A stretch of DNA of 64,000 nucleotides, taken from Lama guanicoe (lineage: Eukaryota). The position numbers and the translations under genes are program-made. The notes below the pieces were generated by a model. That model did no database searches, had not been told where the DNA came from, and saw only the letters and a list, made by a program, of their open reading frames with translations. This document shows, one piece after another, positions 1 to 15,705 of the stretch (position 1 is the stretch's first letter; each line of letters opens with the position of its first letter). Location: contig MU056550.1 in the NCBI GenBank assembly GCA_013239625.1, positions 496,001-560,000 on the forward strand, given 5' to 3'.

Positions 1-773
1 CACGGGTTGAAAAGCCAGTGGAACAAATATGTAGATACGGTTTTCCAAGGGAATGAGAAATGTTAGTAAATCATCTATCAAGCTAAAAATAAAGAATGGA
101 AGGAATAAGTAAAAATGATTTCAAGAGGATTTTATTTTTCCTCGGGCGCTATCCATTTTGGAGGAGACCTGACAAAGACTGGCTTCTCAAATGACCTGGC
201 TCTTGTCACTTGTAGTGGTCAGGATGGCCGGCACATGATTTAAAGGGGCAGCTGGAGCCCACAGCTACGTGCACACATACACACACTGCTGGGCTCAGGT
301 CCACCAAAGATGCTTCTCTATTAATATGTTGGAGAAGCAGGGCCTTTCTCTCGCCTAGGGTGTTTGTGACTTAGGATGAAAACTCTGGGCACTTATATTA
401 CAGCAATTACGGTCTCTCTCTAACCTCAGCCCCTTGGAACGGCCTGCTCCCTCCGAGTAGGTTTTCAAGTACTGGGGATGCTTGATACATGGCCCTGAAA
501 ATTGAACTCAGGTGCCCATCCCAAAGTATTTTGGCAAAGAATCAGCAGTGAAGTGAATGGGGTCGCTTCCAAATGAGCTGAATGTGCACACTTGCCTCAT
601 TCCCAGAAAATTCTTGAAGAGTTATAGGGAGGCAGTACAGGGGCAATCAGGTGGTCTCGGAGAACAAGCCCACACTCCCGCCCCAGCTCCCCAACCCGTG
701 CTCATCGGCTGACCTTGTGGGAAACCCGCCCCACCCCACACCCCCAACTCATTTTCCTCATTGGTAAAATACC

Positions 774-779
774 TTTATT
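774..779 (-). terminator. Polyadenylation signal AATAAA
   Basis: tttatt on the + strand; followed on the minus strand by a CA and then a GU/G-rich tract at 745-725. Confidence 0.75.
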
Positions 780-3700
780 TTGCACTTTGGGCAAGTCAGT
801 CTCAGAAACTAAATTTTTCTTCCTCCCCCAAATGGATGGAAAACTAAGGCCAGAGAGGAAAAGAGCTTTGTCCAAGATCACAGCAGAGCAGGGCTGGGAC
901 CACAACCCAGCCCTTCGATCTGCAGACCCTACACCATTTCCACTCCACTTCGACCTTGTTCAGGTCCACTTGCCCAGTATTGAGTGGTCGTCGGTGTGCG
1001 TTCAGATGAATCAATTTCTCCCCAAACCTTTATGAACTCCGTTGGAGGCATCACACTTTAAACACCTCCAATGGATTTCCGGTCAAAAGAAAACAAACCT
1101 CAGCGCCAAGAGTCCTTGCAGCCGCAAGGATCAACCCCAGTGCCTCCATCTCCCCTCTTGGGGCCCCCTAAGGACTGAGCAGCTCCTGCTACTTTTAAGG
1201 GGGGCGGAATGCATTCTGGTGTGCAAACATTATCACATATTCATGCACCGAAAATCTAATTTTAGCTGCAAGAGGCCTCATTATAAGATGCTCACATAAT
1301 TAAGCAGCTTCCTTCCCAGGGTTTGGAAGCCTGTCTATTCTTCTCTCTCATTTATACATCACTGGGCCTATCAGAATGAGTTTTCATTTTTAAAAAAATT
1401 ATATACTTCGGCTTTTCCAAATTGATCCACAATGGGGGTGAAATCCATGAAAATGAGATGTTTTAACACAGGTCTGGGTAACTCCACAAGCCTTGGTATT
1501 AAAGTTGGAATCTGTGGATAGTCACGGCTTCCCTGTTCTGATCTGACTGGCTCTGGATGCGTTTGTCACACTTCTGTCCTGAATACAGAGCCTTACTCCT
1601 TGGCCAGCTGGGATCCTCTCTGCAGAGAAACTGAGGGCTATAGATGAGACCTAACTTGAAGAGAGACAAATGGACCTTCCCCAAAGGACAGACATAGCCC
1701 CTTCCTGTGCTTCTCAGGGGCTGACTCCCAGGGCAGGGGGGTGATGGCTGCTGAGGACCATCAGCATCCAGGGCCTTAGAGCTTCCTCCCTCACTCAGGA
1801 TCTGGGAGCACCTGCCAAGTGCTGGCCACACGAGTGGACTCCACTCGATCCAGATACACCCGACCCCATCATCCCACTCACCTGCATGCCTGGCTAAGGT
1901 GCACAGTAAACTACAAGGCCATTGAGCAGGTGGCACTCCACCTGGAAAGAGAGGAGGTCTGTGGGTACCCGGCAGCAGGGAACATACACACCCATCTACT
2001 GGGAGGAGCGGGCTGGTGCTGTTCTCCTGACTCTTGGGGTGGTGGGGGAAGCCCAGGAGGTCATACTCTGGCTGCAGTCTTGGCTGGTCCTCCAGCCACT
2101 CTTGTGGCCTCACAGCCCCCTTGGCATCTGAGCCTTCTCCTCGGAGATCGTCTGGGTGGTCAGGAGAGTGGGGGCCAGAGCCAGGGAGCCAGTCTCCAGA
2201 GGAGGCCAGCTTCCATCTTCCCCATCACTCAGAGCTGCTGTCTCCTTTGAGACTCTGCATTTGATTTAGGATGCAGATATCCCCTGGCCCCCACTTCCAA
2301 GGCAGTGTGGAAACTCCTGGTGGGTCTCCAAATGCTCTTACAACTTGGGAGGACCCGCCTCATGGGAGGGGGTCGTCACAGACTTAACCGTGGAGCTATG
2401 CTACATTGATAATCATTTATAAAGACCCCAGTGTTTCCAGCTTGGAGCTGAGTGGAGTGCAGCTCTGGGAAGATGGGAAACAGACTTGGCCTCAGTGTGG
2501 GTTTGGGGGAAACTCAGGGAGAACCTGGAGGCCACCAGAAAGAGATGCTCAAGGCCATTCACCAGTGAAATGGAAGGCTGAGGAGGCTTCCCTCTGAGGA
2601 AGGGCAGCTCCCCTGGCCCCTCCAGCCCACCTGCCCACTGGGGTGCCTCTCCCTCCCCATCACTGGCCAGGGAGCAGAGGACCAGACATCCCCACACTCA
2701 GCTCTCACAGAACCCTCATGCAGTTTTCTCCTCTTGATGCAGCTTGACTCAGGTGGGGGAAGTTCAGCCCAGCCAGCTCAGCCAGGGTGACCCCAGAGCT
2801 GGAGAAGTGGCAGGGGGGCTCAGGGGCTGCCCAAGTGCAAGATCACCTGCCGTCCTCCCCTTCACGGGTCAGTGCGCTCCTGGGCTCACCCCCACCCTCC
2901 AGGCCTGAGCCCCCTGGTCTTCAGAGCCTCATTTCTGAATCCAAGATGTGCAGTGAAGGGTGACCCAAGAAGGTGATCAGCACAGCACCCCTGCCTCTCC
3001 CAGACCGAGCACTAAGTGGCTGTAAGGACAGAGTCCCTTTCTGTGTTCCCTCTGTCCTCACCCACCCACTCCTGTGCTCCTGCTGCACAGACTCAGAGAG
3101 ACACACACGCCCCACATCCATTCACCTGTTTTGCAAAACACTTGAGGGTCTTCCAAGCCTCTGAGCCTTTGCACATGCTGTTCTCCCTGCCTCAGTTACC
3201 CTTCCCCTCTGCTCTGCTGGAATCAGCCCTGCACATTCCTTAAGACCAGTTCAAAGCTGCTGTAATGCCTTCCCCGAAGACCTCAGGCTCACGGGCTGAC
3301 ACCGTCTGAGCCCGCACAGCACACACACGCCTCCATTACTGGGCTTCTCACTCCCCTGTGTGACAGCCCCTCTCCCGTCCCCCGCTAGACTGCTGAGCGG
3401 GGCGGGGCCTTAAGATTCCATCTTCTCAGGAGGCCTGGAGGCCTGTACACAGCAGGCGCAGGGCTTGTGACTGGCCTTCCCCTTTTGTTGAGGGAATGGA
3501 TGAATGAGTGGGAAAGATGTCAGCCCCACTGGAGCAGAGACAGAGGGTGTGACAAAAAGGCCCAGTGACAGGAAGTGGTGGGTGAGTAACAGAGGGACAG
3601 AGAGGGCAGGGCCAGCGAGGGTCAGGCAGAAGCTCAGCTAAGGCCTCTCCCCCAGCGTCCTGTGGATGGGCCTTGCGGCCCCCCTTCCTCACAACCCTGG

Positions 3701-4539
3701 TGTTGTGGGTGGCCCTGTGGAGAGCAGGTGCCTGTCAAGATGGGTGGGGCAGCCAGTCGCAGTGACCCCGACTCATCCCTCCTGGGTCTCCCCATGCCCC
3801 CCAACCCGCCTTCTGCTGGCATTGCTGGTCTCCGGCCCCTGGGGTCTCGGGCTCCCCTGGAGGTGCAGCCCCACCCCTGCCCCACTGTCTCCTCACCCTC
3901 ACACCCTGCTTCCGGGATATGACGCAAATCCCCAGCTTTATGGGGACAGTTGGAGAAAGAAGCCAGGCAACGAGGCACCAGTCCAAGGAGTGCTGATATT
4001 GGATGAGGTGGTGGGGGGTGCACAGAGCTTGCGGCCGGTCCTGAGGTTGGCGTGTGCGTGCGTGTGTGGCAGAGGGCTCCACTCTGCCCGTGGTGCAGAC
4101 AGCCCATCCGCAGAGAAGAGAGAGACAGGGCTGCGGAGCCGGCGGTCAGTGCCTGGGCCTCACACCACACACGGTGGGATGCAGACGCCATCAGGCTGCC
4201 TGGCCCGGCAGCCACAGTCTGTAAGCCCACCTCAGAGAACTAGTACCCGCCCAGCCCAGCATCCCGCAGTCAAGGACCCCAGCCAGCAAGCCTGCACCGG
4301 GCTGCGAACAGGAAACCCAGGGCCTCCGACAGCCCAGGGTGCACCTGTGTGTCTATGTGTTAGAGAGACAGACAGGCAGCCTCTGGAACACATCACCTGG
4401 CGTGTGCATCGACGTCTGACTGCGTCTGCGTGCGGGAGTGTCGGGCACACCCAGCGTGGTGGCTTAGATGCATCACTACGGCACTGTGAGCAGGGAGTCT
4501 AAGAGGGTCTAGCTAGGAATGTGTCCCCCTTTGCATCTG

Positions 4540-5223
<684 letters not shown>

Positions 5224-6370
5224 TTACTAGCAGGCTGGGCTCTGAGGCGTCCTAACCCACCTGGGAGGTGTGACCTTAGGTCTGCCTTTCCCCAGCAGTT
5301 TCCTTGGAAACACACCAAGTTAAGACAAATGTGGACTGCGGGTTCCCAGGGCTGGTTCTCCATCTGGTGGACTGTGGCTTCCTTGAGCCTGGGGTCTCAG
5401 GCCTACTGGACGCAGTGGAGTTAAAGACCAATGGCCGGCATCTCTGCCGAGATGACCCTCATCCACCTTTTCTTGTCTGGAGACTCTGCACATCCAACCC
5501 TGGTGAGCCAGGCCAAGCTGGGCCTCCTGGGGAGGCGGAGATGCTGTGCGGGCTGGATCTCCCGTCCTGGGTCCTACTACACAGCTGTGTGAAGGGGGTG
5601 TCTAACTGCTGTTTCTCATGCCCTGTGGGTGGGACTGCCAGTCTAACCTGGGACCCCGCTGGGCGGTGGGGCATACAGTGAAGCCATGAACAGGGGCAGC
5701 GGCCGACTTTGCAGATGAATCTACTCCATGAGACTTCTTTTCCAGCAAATTAAGAAGTTATGTAGGTTTGGGGGGGGCATGTGGGGAAGGGTGCAAATGT
5801 CATGAATCGCTCCAATAAAAACAGTTGCCACCTCAGATGCTGTGGGAAGCACTTGCTTTCTCTAATCTTCACGATGACCCTATGAGATTCAGACCACCCT
5901 TCTTTTTAAGGCGAGAAAACCGAGGCTCAGAAGATAAGGTCTGCAGCTTGCCCTGGGTCACTGGGCTGGGAAGAGGGCCAGGAGGGATCAGAGCTCAGCC
6001 TGCCTGCATCCTCAAGGGAAGTCAGCAAGAGAGGGCAAGGATAGCTGGAGTCGGGAGGTCTAGGGGGAGGGCGATGGGGAAAGGGGAGGACACCAGCCAG
6101 CCTCAGCTGACCCGGAGTCACGCAGGGACAGAACAAGGCTGCCTGGCCTCAGGCCCCCCCATCTTATCATGCCATCCACACTGCTGGACACAGTTGTATT
6201 TCTGATGGCTTAATTTTACATCACTCACTACCCTGACTTGTGTCTCTTTAATTCATTGCCCAAAGGCTAGACTGAGCATGCCGTGAGGACAGAGATCATG
6301 GCCCCCTTTAGCTTGGGCCCCCAGTGTCTTGCCCAGGGCCTGGCACCCAGTAGGACTTCAGTAAGTGTCA

Positions 6371-6958
<588 letters not shown>

Positions 6959-8914
6959 TCATGGCACTCTCACCTGAGCATTGCAGGCAACCCTGTGAAC
7001 TGACCATGGCTGCAGGCGCAGCCAGATGAAGAGACTGAGGCTCACTGTGGGTATGTGACTTGCTCAGGATCACACAGCACCCCAGCAACAGAGCCAGGGC
7101 TCTCTCCACACTGCTTTATGTCCCTTTGAGGTCTGGCTTCTACCCACCTCCCCACAGAAGGGGCAGGCTCCCTTTCAACAGACTCAAGGGCTGTCAGCAG
7201 CTGCAGCCCCACCTTCTGGCTTTATGCCATGGTCCTGTAGCAGGGCCTCAGCCTTACATCTCCGGAGACTCTCACTCATCCCTACAGAGTAACCCACTTA
7301 TCAACAAAGATTATTGTGTTGGACTCTATGTCGGGGGTAAAGGGTTAGGACCCAGACCCTGTCTTTAAGCTTACAGTCTGGCAGGGGACTAGCCCACACG
7401 TACTACAGCGCACAGGGGCTTAACAGAACAAAGAATAAGGGGAACTGGTCAGGGGGTGGAGCGAGATGTCGTAGAAGGCTCCTGGAAGGATACCCCTGAA
7501 CCTAGTCCCCTGGCCACATCCCAACATAGCCCATGCCATCCAGCTCTGGGGACATGCTCCATAAATGTGCATAAGCTTGTCTTGGGCTCTTAGAAACATA
7601 CATGAGTCCCCCCCCACCCCCCAAACACACACCCCTTCATGAATGGCCGGGAAGCATCTGTATCTACAGTGAGCAGCGAGGGAGTCTCTGAAGCCTGGAA
7701 AATGCAAGTCTCTTCTGAATCCGGAAATCTGGGGTCACCTATTGAAACTCAGCACCTGTTTCAGACTCATCTCTGCCACGGGCCAAACACGAAAAGTCTT
7801 TGCTTTGATTCATTCTGTTAAACAGCTGGGAAGTTCCGGGAAAGAATGAGTCAAACCATGGGCTGAGTAAACAGGAGATCAGGTCTTTGACACCCTATGG
7901 CCCAGGGTGCCGTTTTTACTGCCTCAGCCTATTTCGACAGCCACCACTTTTCCTTGTAACTCACACCACGCTCACCCATGACAGGTTTGGCATTTTGGCA
8001 CTGGAGCTGCCTTGCAAAGTTCACGTGTGTGTGTCATTGCTCTGTCAGTGCTCTGAGGTCAGTGGCTACATCTAACCAGTCCCTTGAGGCTCAAAGATAC
8101 GCTGGGTATCTCTAAAGCCATTTTGAGGCAGTGTGACCCCAACCCTTCCACCTGGCTATCGAGCCAGCGGGCCATTTAGCCATTTGTAGACGAAGACAGC
8201 CAGCTGTCTGAATAAGGAAGGTGGTGGCCTCCTAGGTGGGCGTGGTGGGTAGTTGGAGCCTGTCCGCAGTAGGTGGTGCCCAGGGGACTGGCCCAGAGCA
8301 GGCAGGACCACATGCTTCATCTGGCTACTTCACCCGTAGGTACCGTAACGCTCAAGACTCCCAAGGATGATGAACTGGGTTATGTGAACACCGCTGGTTT
8401 TTTCCCAAGCAGACCAAGACGGCTGTGGGCGATTTCAGAACCCTCTGCCAACCACAGCAAGTCTCTGTTTTCTCTAGGACGTTACTGATAGTATGTCCTC
8501 TTTTCCTAAACCAAGCTCTAAGCTGAGAACCCAGGAGAAACTGTTGTAACAATCGTCAGCAGAGAAATATATTTCACCAAATATAGATCCCACTTGGCTT
8601 ATCTGAGGTTCTGAGTCTTAAACAGTGCAGAGATTTGAGCCATTTTAAAGTTCATTTACTTGACATAATGAGGCGTCTTATTTCTACAAAGGAAAGATTA
8701 GAAATCATTAAACTCTTGAAGATTTTTGGACCTATTTTTTAAAAGTAGTATTTTGATCAGCTACCCTTGCCTCAAGAAAAAATAGGAATGAGCAGATAAA
8801 GTCAGTTTCCCATAATTACTGAGGGTTCGGAAAATTAAGGAAAATTTGAGAGATGTTCATAGAGAGGGAACCTGAGCTACTGGGCGTTTCCTTTGACTGC
8901 AGCACAGATCTTGT

Positions 8915-9572
<658 letters not shown>

Positions 9573-10283
9573 TCAGGGTAGGAATTGGGTGGGAACTGGC
9601 ACCCTGTGGACCCCCAACCCCCACTGCGTCTCCAAAGGGGTCACAGCCAAACCCTTCTGGCACAGCACGGATGATGCCAGATTCTGCAGGGGAGGTGGGT
9701 GGGGATCGTGGCCGGACAGAACAATGCCACACAACAGGCAGAGCAGCAACGAAGCAGGGCTGGACTAATTTCAGGCCAGTAAGCTCTCTGTGCCTCCTCT
9801 TCCTCCCCCAGGGCTGCTGCAGGGAGCCCAGGAAATCACCAGGTGAACGCCCCCAAGACCCCAGGGCTTGTCCCACCCCACCTGCTCTCCTTCTTATCTG
9901 CTCCTCTGACACTCTCGTGAGGAGGATGCTGGGGTCTGGGCACAGCCAGGGGCACTCACTGGTCTCCAGGTCCCGGGCTGGCCCAGGGAGGTCCCTGTGA
10001 CCACTGGGCTGCCCTGCCACCCAACCCCACCACCTTGCCATTGCTATCTCTCAGGGCCTTGCCTCCCTGCTCTCCCTCAAACCACCTTCATCCCCAGAGA
10101 GACTCAGAAAAAGGTCAGATGCTCTTCAAACTGAGCCCTGCATGCTGGGTCCATCCTCCAGCGATGGCAGAGGTCTCCCCGTTCCCATTAGCCCAAGAAG
10201 GGACCACCCACCAAGATCTCCCCCTGCCCCAGGCTATACACTCAGCCATGGCGGGCCTCTCCCAACCCCAAGGCCAAGTGTCA

Positions 10284-10676
<393 letters not shown>

Positions 10677-13600
10677 CTAACCCAGGGGGGACAAAGCTCA
10701 GTGAGAAGGGACCTCTGCCCTCCAGTAGCTCATCACTGGCTGGCGACAAATCAACCGTTACCCCACAGTATGAGCGGAGCTCCTATGGAGGGGCCAGTCC
10801 AGCGGGTGGACTGGGACTGGACTTTGGAGATGCCTAGGGGGTCAGGAAGGGGCTAGACACTGTAGTTGGGGAATCATCTGAACGAACGTGTGTGGGGGTC
10901 AGGATGGGATGCAGAAGCCCCCTAGGGCAGCTCCGCACTCAACATCTTTAACCAACAGACTGTGAGCCCCGAGTGAGGTCTGGAATTCCCTCCCACCAGC
11001 CCTCCCTGGGAAGAGACCGGCCTAAACCCTGTTTCTGAGGTCCTGCTGTGGGATGGGGCACAGGGCTGGCGAGGGAACCCCACACAGCATCTCTCCAGGA
11101 CGGGAGGGGTGGGCACCAGCAGACCTTGATTCCTTGGAGTTGCTCAGCCTGGGGGGGCTTCCCGAAAACAGAGGGGCCCTGCCAGGGTTAGGAAAGGGCC
11201 ACGCCAGCCCCTGGCAGGCTTTCACACGTTTTCTCCTTCCCTCTGGGGAAGCTGCACCCACCACACAGTGGAGAGAGCGGGGGCGCTGGCCTCCGGAAAG
11301 CCTGGATGTGAATTCAGGTCAGGGCAGGGTTACCTTGAACCTCTCTGAATTTCACAGTGAAACAAAGGGGATAAAGCCCACCCTGCACATTCGTTGCGAA
11401 GGCTAGCTGAGAAAGATCCAGATGGCCCCCGCTGGGCCCAGCACATAGTAGGCGCTTTCCCCGAGGAACTGGCCGTCCTCAGCCTGCTTATCCCTGTGGG
11501 CATCAGCCGCGCTCGCTCAACGATTCCTCCACCTCCGCTCCCACACTTATGACTTGAGGCCCTACTATGTGCCAGGCGCTAGGCAGAACACTTGGCCCCA
11601 TTTCAACTCTGCCTCTCCGTGCATCTTGCAAACAGGAGATGCGAGGTCCCCCCGGAGCACAGAGAGAGGAGAGGAGTCTCTTGAGTGCGTGTGAAGGAGG
11701 AAGGGAGGGAGGCAGTGGGCGGAGAAAACGTCTCATGGCTGAGGGAAACGCTGAACAAACCTTTTTATTTTTTGCCCACAGCAAAATCGCATAAATAAAT
11801 AAATAAAAGAAAATCAATAGCGTTTTCTGAGCGTGGCTTGGCAGAGCCGAGGATCTCAGCCCTCAGAAAAGACAAGAGGTGGTGTCCTAGCCAAGGGAGG
11901 GCAGTGCAGAGCCTGGGGTCCAGGAGGGGTCCTAGGAGGGAAGGGGATGGAAGGCTGTCCCCAGGGGAGGGCTGTTCTCAAGTGCAGGCGGGATGCTCTC
12001 CCAGATGCCTCACAGCTCCTATGAAGGCCTCTCCCTGCCTCCCTTGTCTTGCACCAAGGCTTCGGGGCAGCTTCACCTCTGCCAGGAATTTCAGCAGGGT
12101 CCAGGCCCATGGTCCCCTCTCAGGACCGAGCTGCCACGTGGGGACATTAGAGAGGATGCGTTCACTGTTCCTACACTACATACCCCTACACCCACACCCA
12201 CACCCACACACTCCTACATGCACACACACACATATACACATCTCTACACACACATACCCCAAATCTGTTTCCAGAACTCAGCGCTCCCTTTTGGATTAGA
12301 AAAACGCTATACAGTCCTTGGTTCCAGGAGCAAATCACTTCCTCTTTAGGAACCTCAGTTCCTCTATCTGTAAAATGGACATAGCCCTTAATTTGGCCTG
12401 TCTGCAAGAGTCAGAGGACCTCATTTCTCTCCCTCTGGTCCACTGACAGGGCCAGTGAGACCTGGACATCTCTCCTCACGCCTTTTCTGGATGAGGTTTG
12501 AGTTGGGGATTTCTCCCAGGAATGGGGAAAGGGGGGAGGTAGTCATTCTGGGTGTCCATGGGTTTGTGTCCAGAGGTACCAGGGAGAAGCACCGGGCAGC
12601 AGAGAAAGCACCAGGTTTACAATCCAACAGACCTGGACTCAAATCCTAGGACCACAGTTTAATATCTGTGTGACTTTGGGCCAGTAACTGACCACCCCTC
12701 CACCCCCTCCTTGCTGAGCCTCGGCCGTCTCATCTGTCGCATGGGCACAATAATATTCGCACTGAAGAGTGCTGGGTGAATGAAGGGAGGATGATGCAGG
12801 GAAAGGGCCCAGCCCAGGCCCAGCACGTAGTAGAGTCTCCTACTCTCATCTCTGAAGGTCTCTCATTGTACGGGAGGTGGGCCCCAGACCACCTTCCTGA
12901 CACTCAGAGGACCTGAAAGCTTGGCTCCTAAAATTCCTCACTTTGGCTCCCCCTCCAAGGCCCCCAAAGCTCAGGATCAAGCAACAGTGGGAAGCCCCTC
13001 CCCCAAGGAGCACGTGGGGCCCTTAGTCTTGATCCGACACGTAAAGAAAAGAATTGCTTTGTGTACTCAGTGGCCACCATGAGGCCCTAACGCCGCAACC
13101 TGCACAGCCTGGGCCACAGCTGCCGTCATTGTCACTTATTTACCTGCCTTACTGTCTGCCTCGATCCAGGAGAACGTAAGCGGGGATTTTGGTGTGTCTG
13201 GTGGGCTTTGCTGCATTCTCAGTACTTAGAACAGTATCTAGAACAGGGTGGATGCTTACTGAACGTTTGATGGATGAACCAGTGAATGAATGAATACCCT
13301 TTCCAGATCCCAACTCCGCCCCCAGAGTTGTTGGCGATGGGCTTGGACGTAAGCCTTCTGTTGGTCATCTGCTCGCCGGGCTTGAATAAAGAGAAGAAAA
13401 CCTGTCACACCCGAGCAAACCCCTCCCCGACAACAGGAACCCCAGGGGGCTGTGCTGTCCTGGGATTCCTGTTCAGACAAGAACATTTCATCAAGAGAGT
13501 GAAAAAAAAGTGTGTTCAGGGCGGGTTGGTTCTGTCTCCCTCTCCGACAGTGAGGGTGCTGCTGACGCTGACACCTCACAATCCTATCTCCTGGGGCTGG

Positions 13601-14359
13601 GTCCCGGCTGCCCCCGACCGTGACCCGAACCTTTTTGCTTCCTTGAGTGGATTAAACTGTCAAGTTTCCGGGTGTTTGCCGAGCGACGGGAGAGCCACAG
13701 ACAGTAATGTGGTTTTATTTACAACATAACCTCTTCAGCAACATCACTGGATTCTGAAAACACAGAACAATTTTCAGCCTCTGGGGGATTTCTAAGACAT
13801 GATTTCCATAAAAATTAAATATTGATGAATCTTATCTCTCTGCCAACCTCCCTGCTCCCCGCACTTCCACCCTAAGCCCAAGTGAGAGGCAGAGAGAAGG
13901 GGAGAAAATGAACTGAAAAAGCAAAGCAGCAGAAGAAAGCGGGGACAGAGATGTGCGACTGTTTCAATTAAACAGACGCGGCGTTAGAGAGGGAGCTGGC
14001 GCAGCTGAGTCCACAGGCGGGGTGGGGCAGGCGCATCCTAACCCTGCACTTCCTCCACAGCCTGAGAGTGGGTGTCCAGGATGCAGCCTCCGGCAGGGGC
14101 TGTGGGGTGGGCGGGCACAGTCTGGAGCCAGGTCATGATACGGCCAGGCCTGGGCCCTCTGGGTCCACGTGCAAAGGCCTGGGCATGGCCAAGGGGTCAC
14201 GGAGTAGATCCTGGTAGTAGAGCCTTGATTTTGTCATCTGTGAAGGGGGTATCGCTTAATGATGAAGCGCTCTTAAGTCAGCAGGTGTGAGTTTAAATTT
14301 AGATGGACTGAGTCTTGAATTCTCCAGATGTAAAGGGGATTCAAGGATGGAATGATATA

Positions 14360-14560
14360 CGGTCATCCCTTGTTATCTGCAGGGATCAGTCTCAGGACCT
14401 GCTGCGGATACCGGAACCCGCGAATCCGCAAGTCTGCGGTTCTGCATCCGCAGATTCAACCAGCGGCAGAGGACGTAGTACTGCAGCACGATTTATTGAA
14501 GAAGATCCGCGTGTAAGTGGACAAGCACAGTTCACACTCCTGTTGTTCAAGGGACAGCTG
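14360..14560 (-). mobile_element. Tigger2-family MITE (MER8/Tigger2a-like)
   Basis: Termini cggtcatccctt...aagggacagctg flanked by TA on both sides; recognisable ttgttcaaggg end. Confidence 0.8.
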
Positions 14561-15684
14561 TACTATTAAGGTGCCTTTCAGAGAGTAGATTCTCAGCAGC
14601 GTGGTTAGTTTGAGTCCGGGGAAGGCTAAATGCCCGTGGTGGGGACAGAGGCACTGGCCTTCCCTCTGAATCCATTCTCCACACGAAGAGCTGACCCACC
14701 AGCCCCCTTCCATGTGTCCAGCCTCAAAGGTGCTGCCTCAAGATGGTGTGGGGCAAATGTCAGAGTGTCTCCAGGGGCCCCTAGGGGATGTCCCCTTGGG
14801 CAATGGTTCTCCGCAGACTGGACCCCAGATAGCAGACAGAGCTGGTAACTCACAAACCCAGACCCTTACAGACCCAACCCTTGGCAGAGACGTGAAATTT
14901 CGTGCCACGTGGAGGGAAAGGGGCCACGCGGGATGGACCGCATCTGTTGGGATCCAAGCAGATTTGGCCAGAGCCACCGCCCAGCAGAGAACAAGCGGGC
15001 TCCACGTTGGTGAGTGCCTTTCCATCCCATAGGCAATTGGGTTAGCGCTGCCATGAAGGGGACAAAGGAAAACCCTCAGAAGAAATGTCAATGGGAAAAC
15101 ATCCAGGGACGACGATTCTGCACGAAGAACTTAGACACCCAAAATAGGCCAAACAAGGGCAAGCAGAATGGGTAACACCTCTTTCCCTCCGAAGCTTTTC
15201 TCAGTAGAACCACTAGACATTGCAGGGAGAACCAACCTCAGATCACAAGGCGTAATAGCTGGTGAGGCTTCACACGTTAGTAACCTATTTGCAGATGGTG
15301 TTAGATTTCAGGCATCCGCCCCACCCTGGGAACACGCACTCCTGCAAACGGTCTACCCACCTGCGCACAAAATGGGGCTTGGAAATGAATTACCCTGGAC
15401 CCAGACTGGTATCAATGCAAATACCTAAGCTCATTCTCACCTTCTGTCCAAATGAGGGAGGTGACAGGATCATGAGCACTGAGAATGAGCAGGTTTTCTT
15501 CCCTCTCCAACGTAATTGCCGAAAATTAGACAAGATCATTTTACCGAGTTTAAAAACACATCACATTGGTCAAGTGCCTCTCGCTGGCAGAGTCAGATCA
15601 TTAAGGTGCTGATACTGCCCCAAATATTCTGTCCCTGTCAAACTACACTCTGGGAGCTCCCCAAATCTATTTTAACCAACTAGC

Positions 15685-15705
15685 AAAAAAAAAAAAAAAA
15701 AAAAA
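15685..15705 (+). repeat. A21 homopolymer
   Basis: Read directly from the sequence. Confidence 0.95.

Noticed and set aside
3666-4502. 278-aa plus-strand ORF opposite the 3' UTR
   Set aside because: GC-rich, low-complexity translation with no motif or splice support.
15685-15705. A21 run as the tail of a retrocopy or SINE
   Set aside because: No recognisable element body or target-site duplication.
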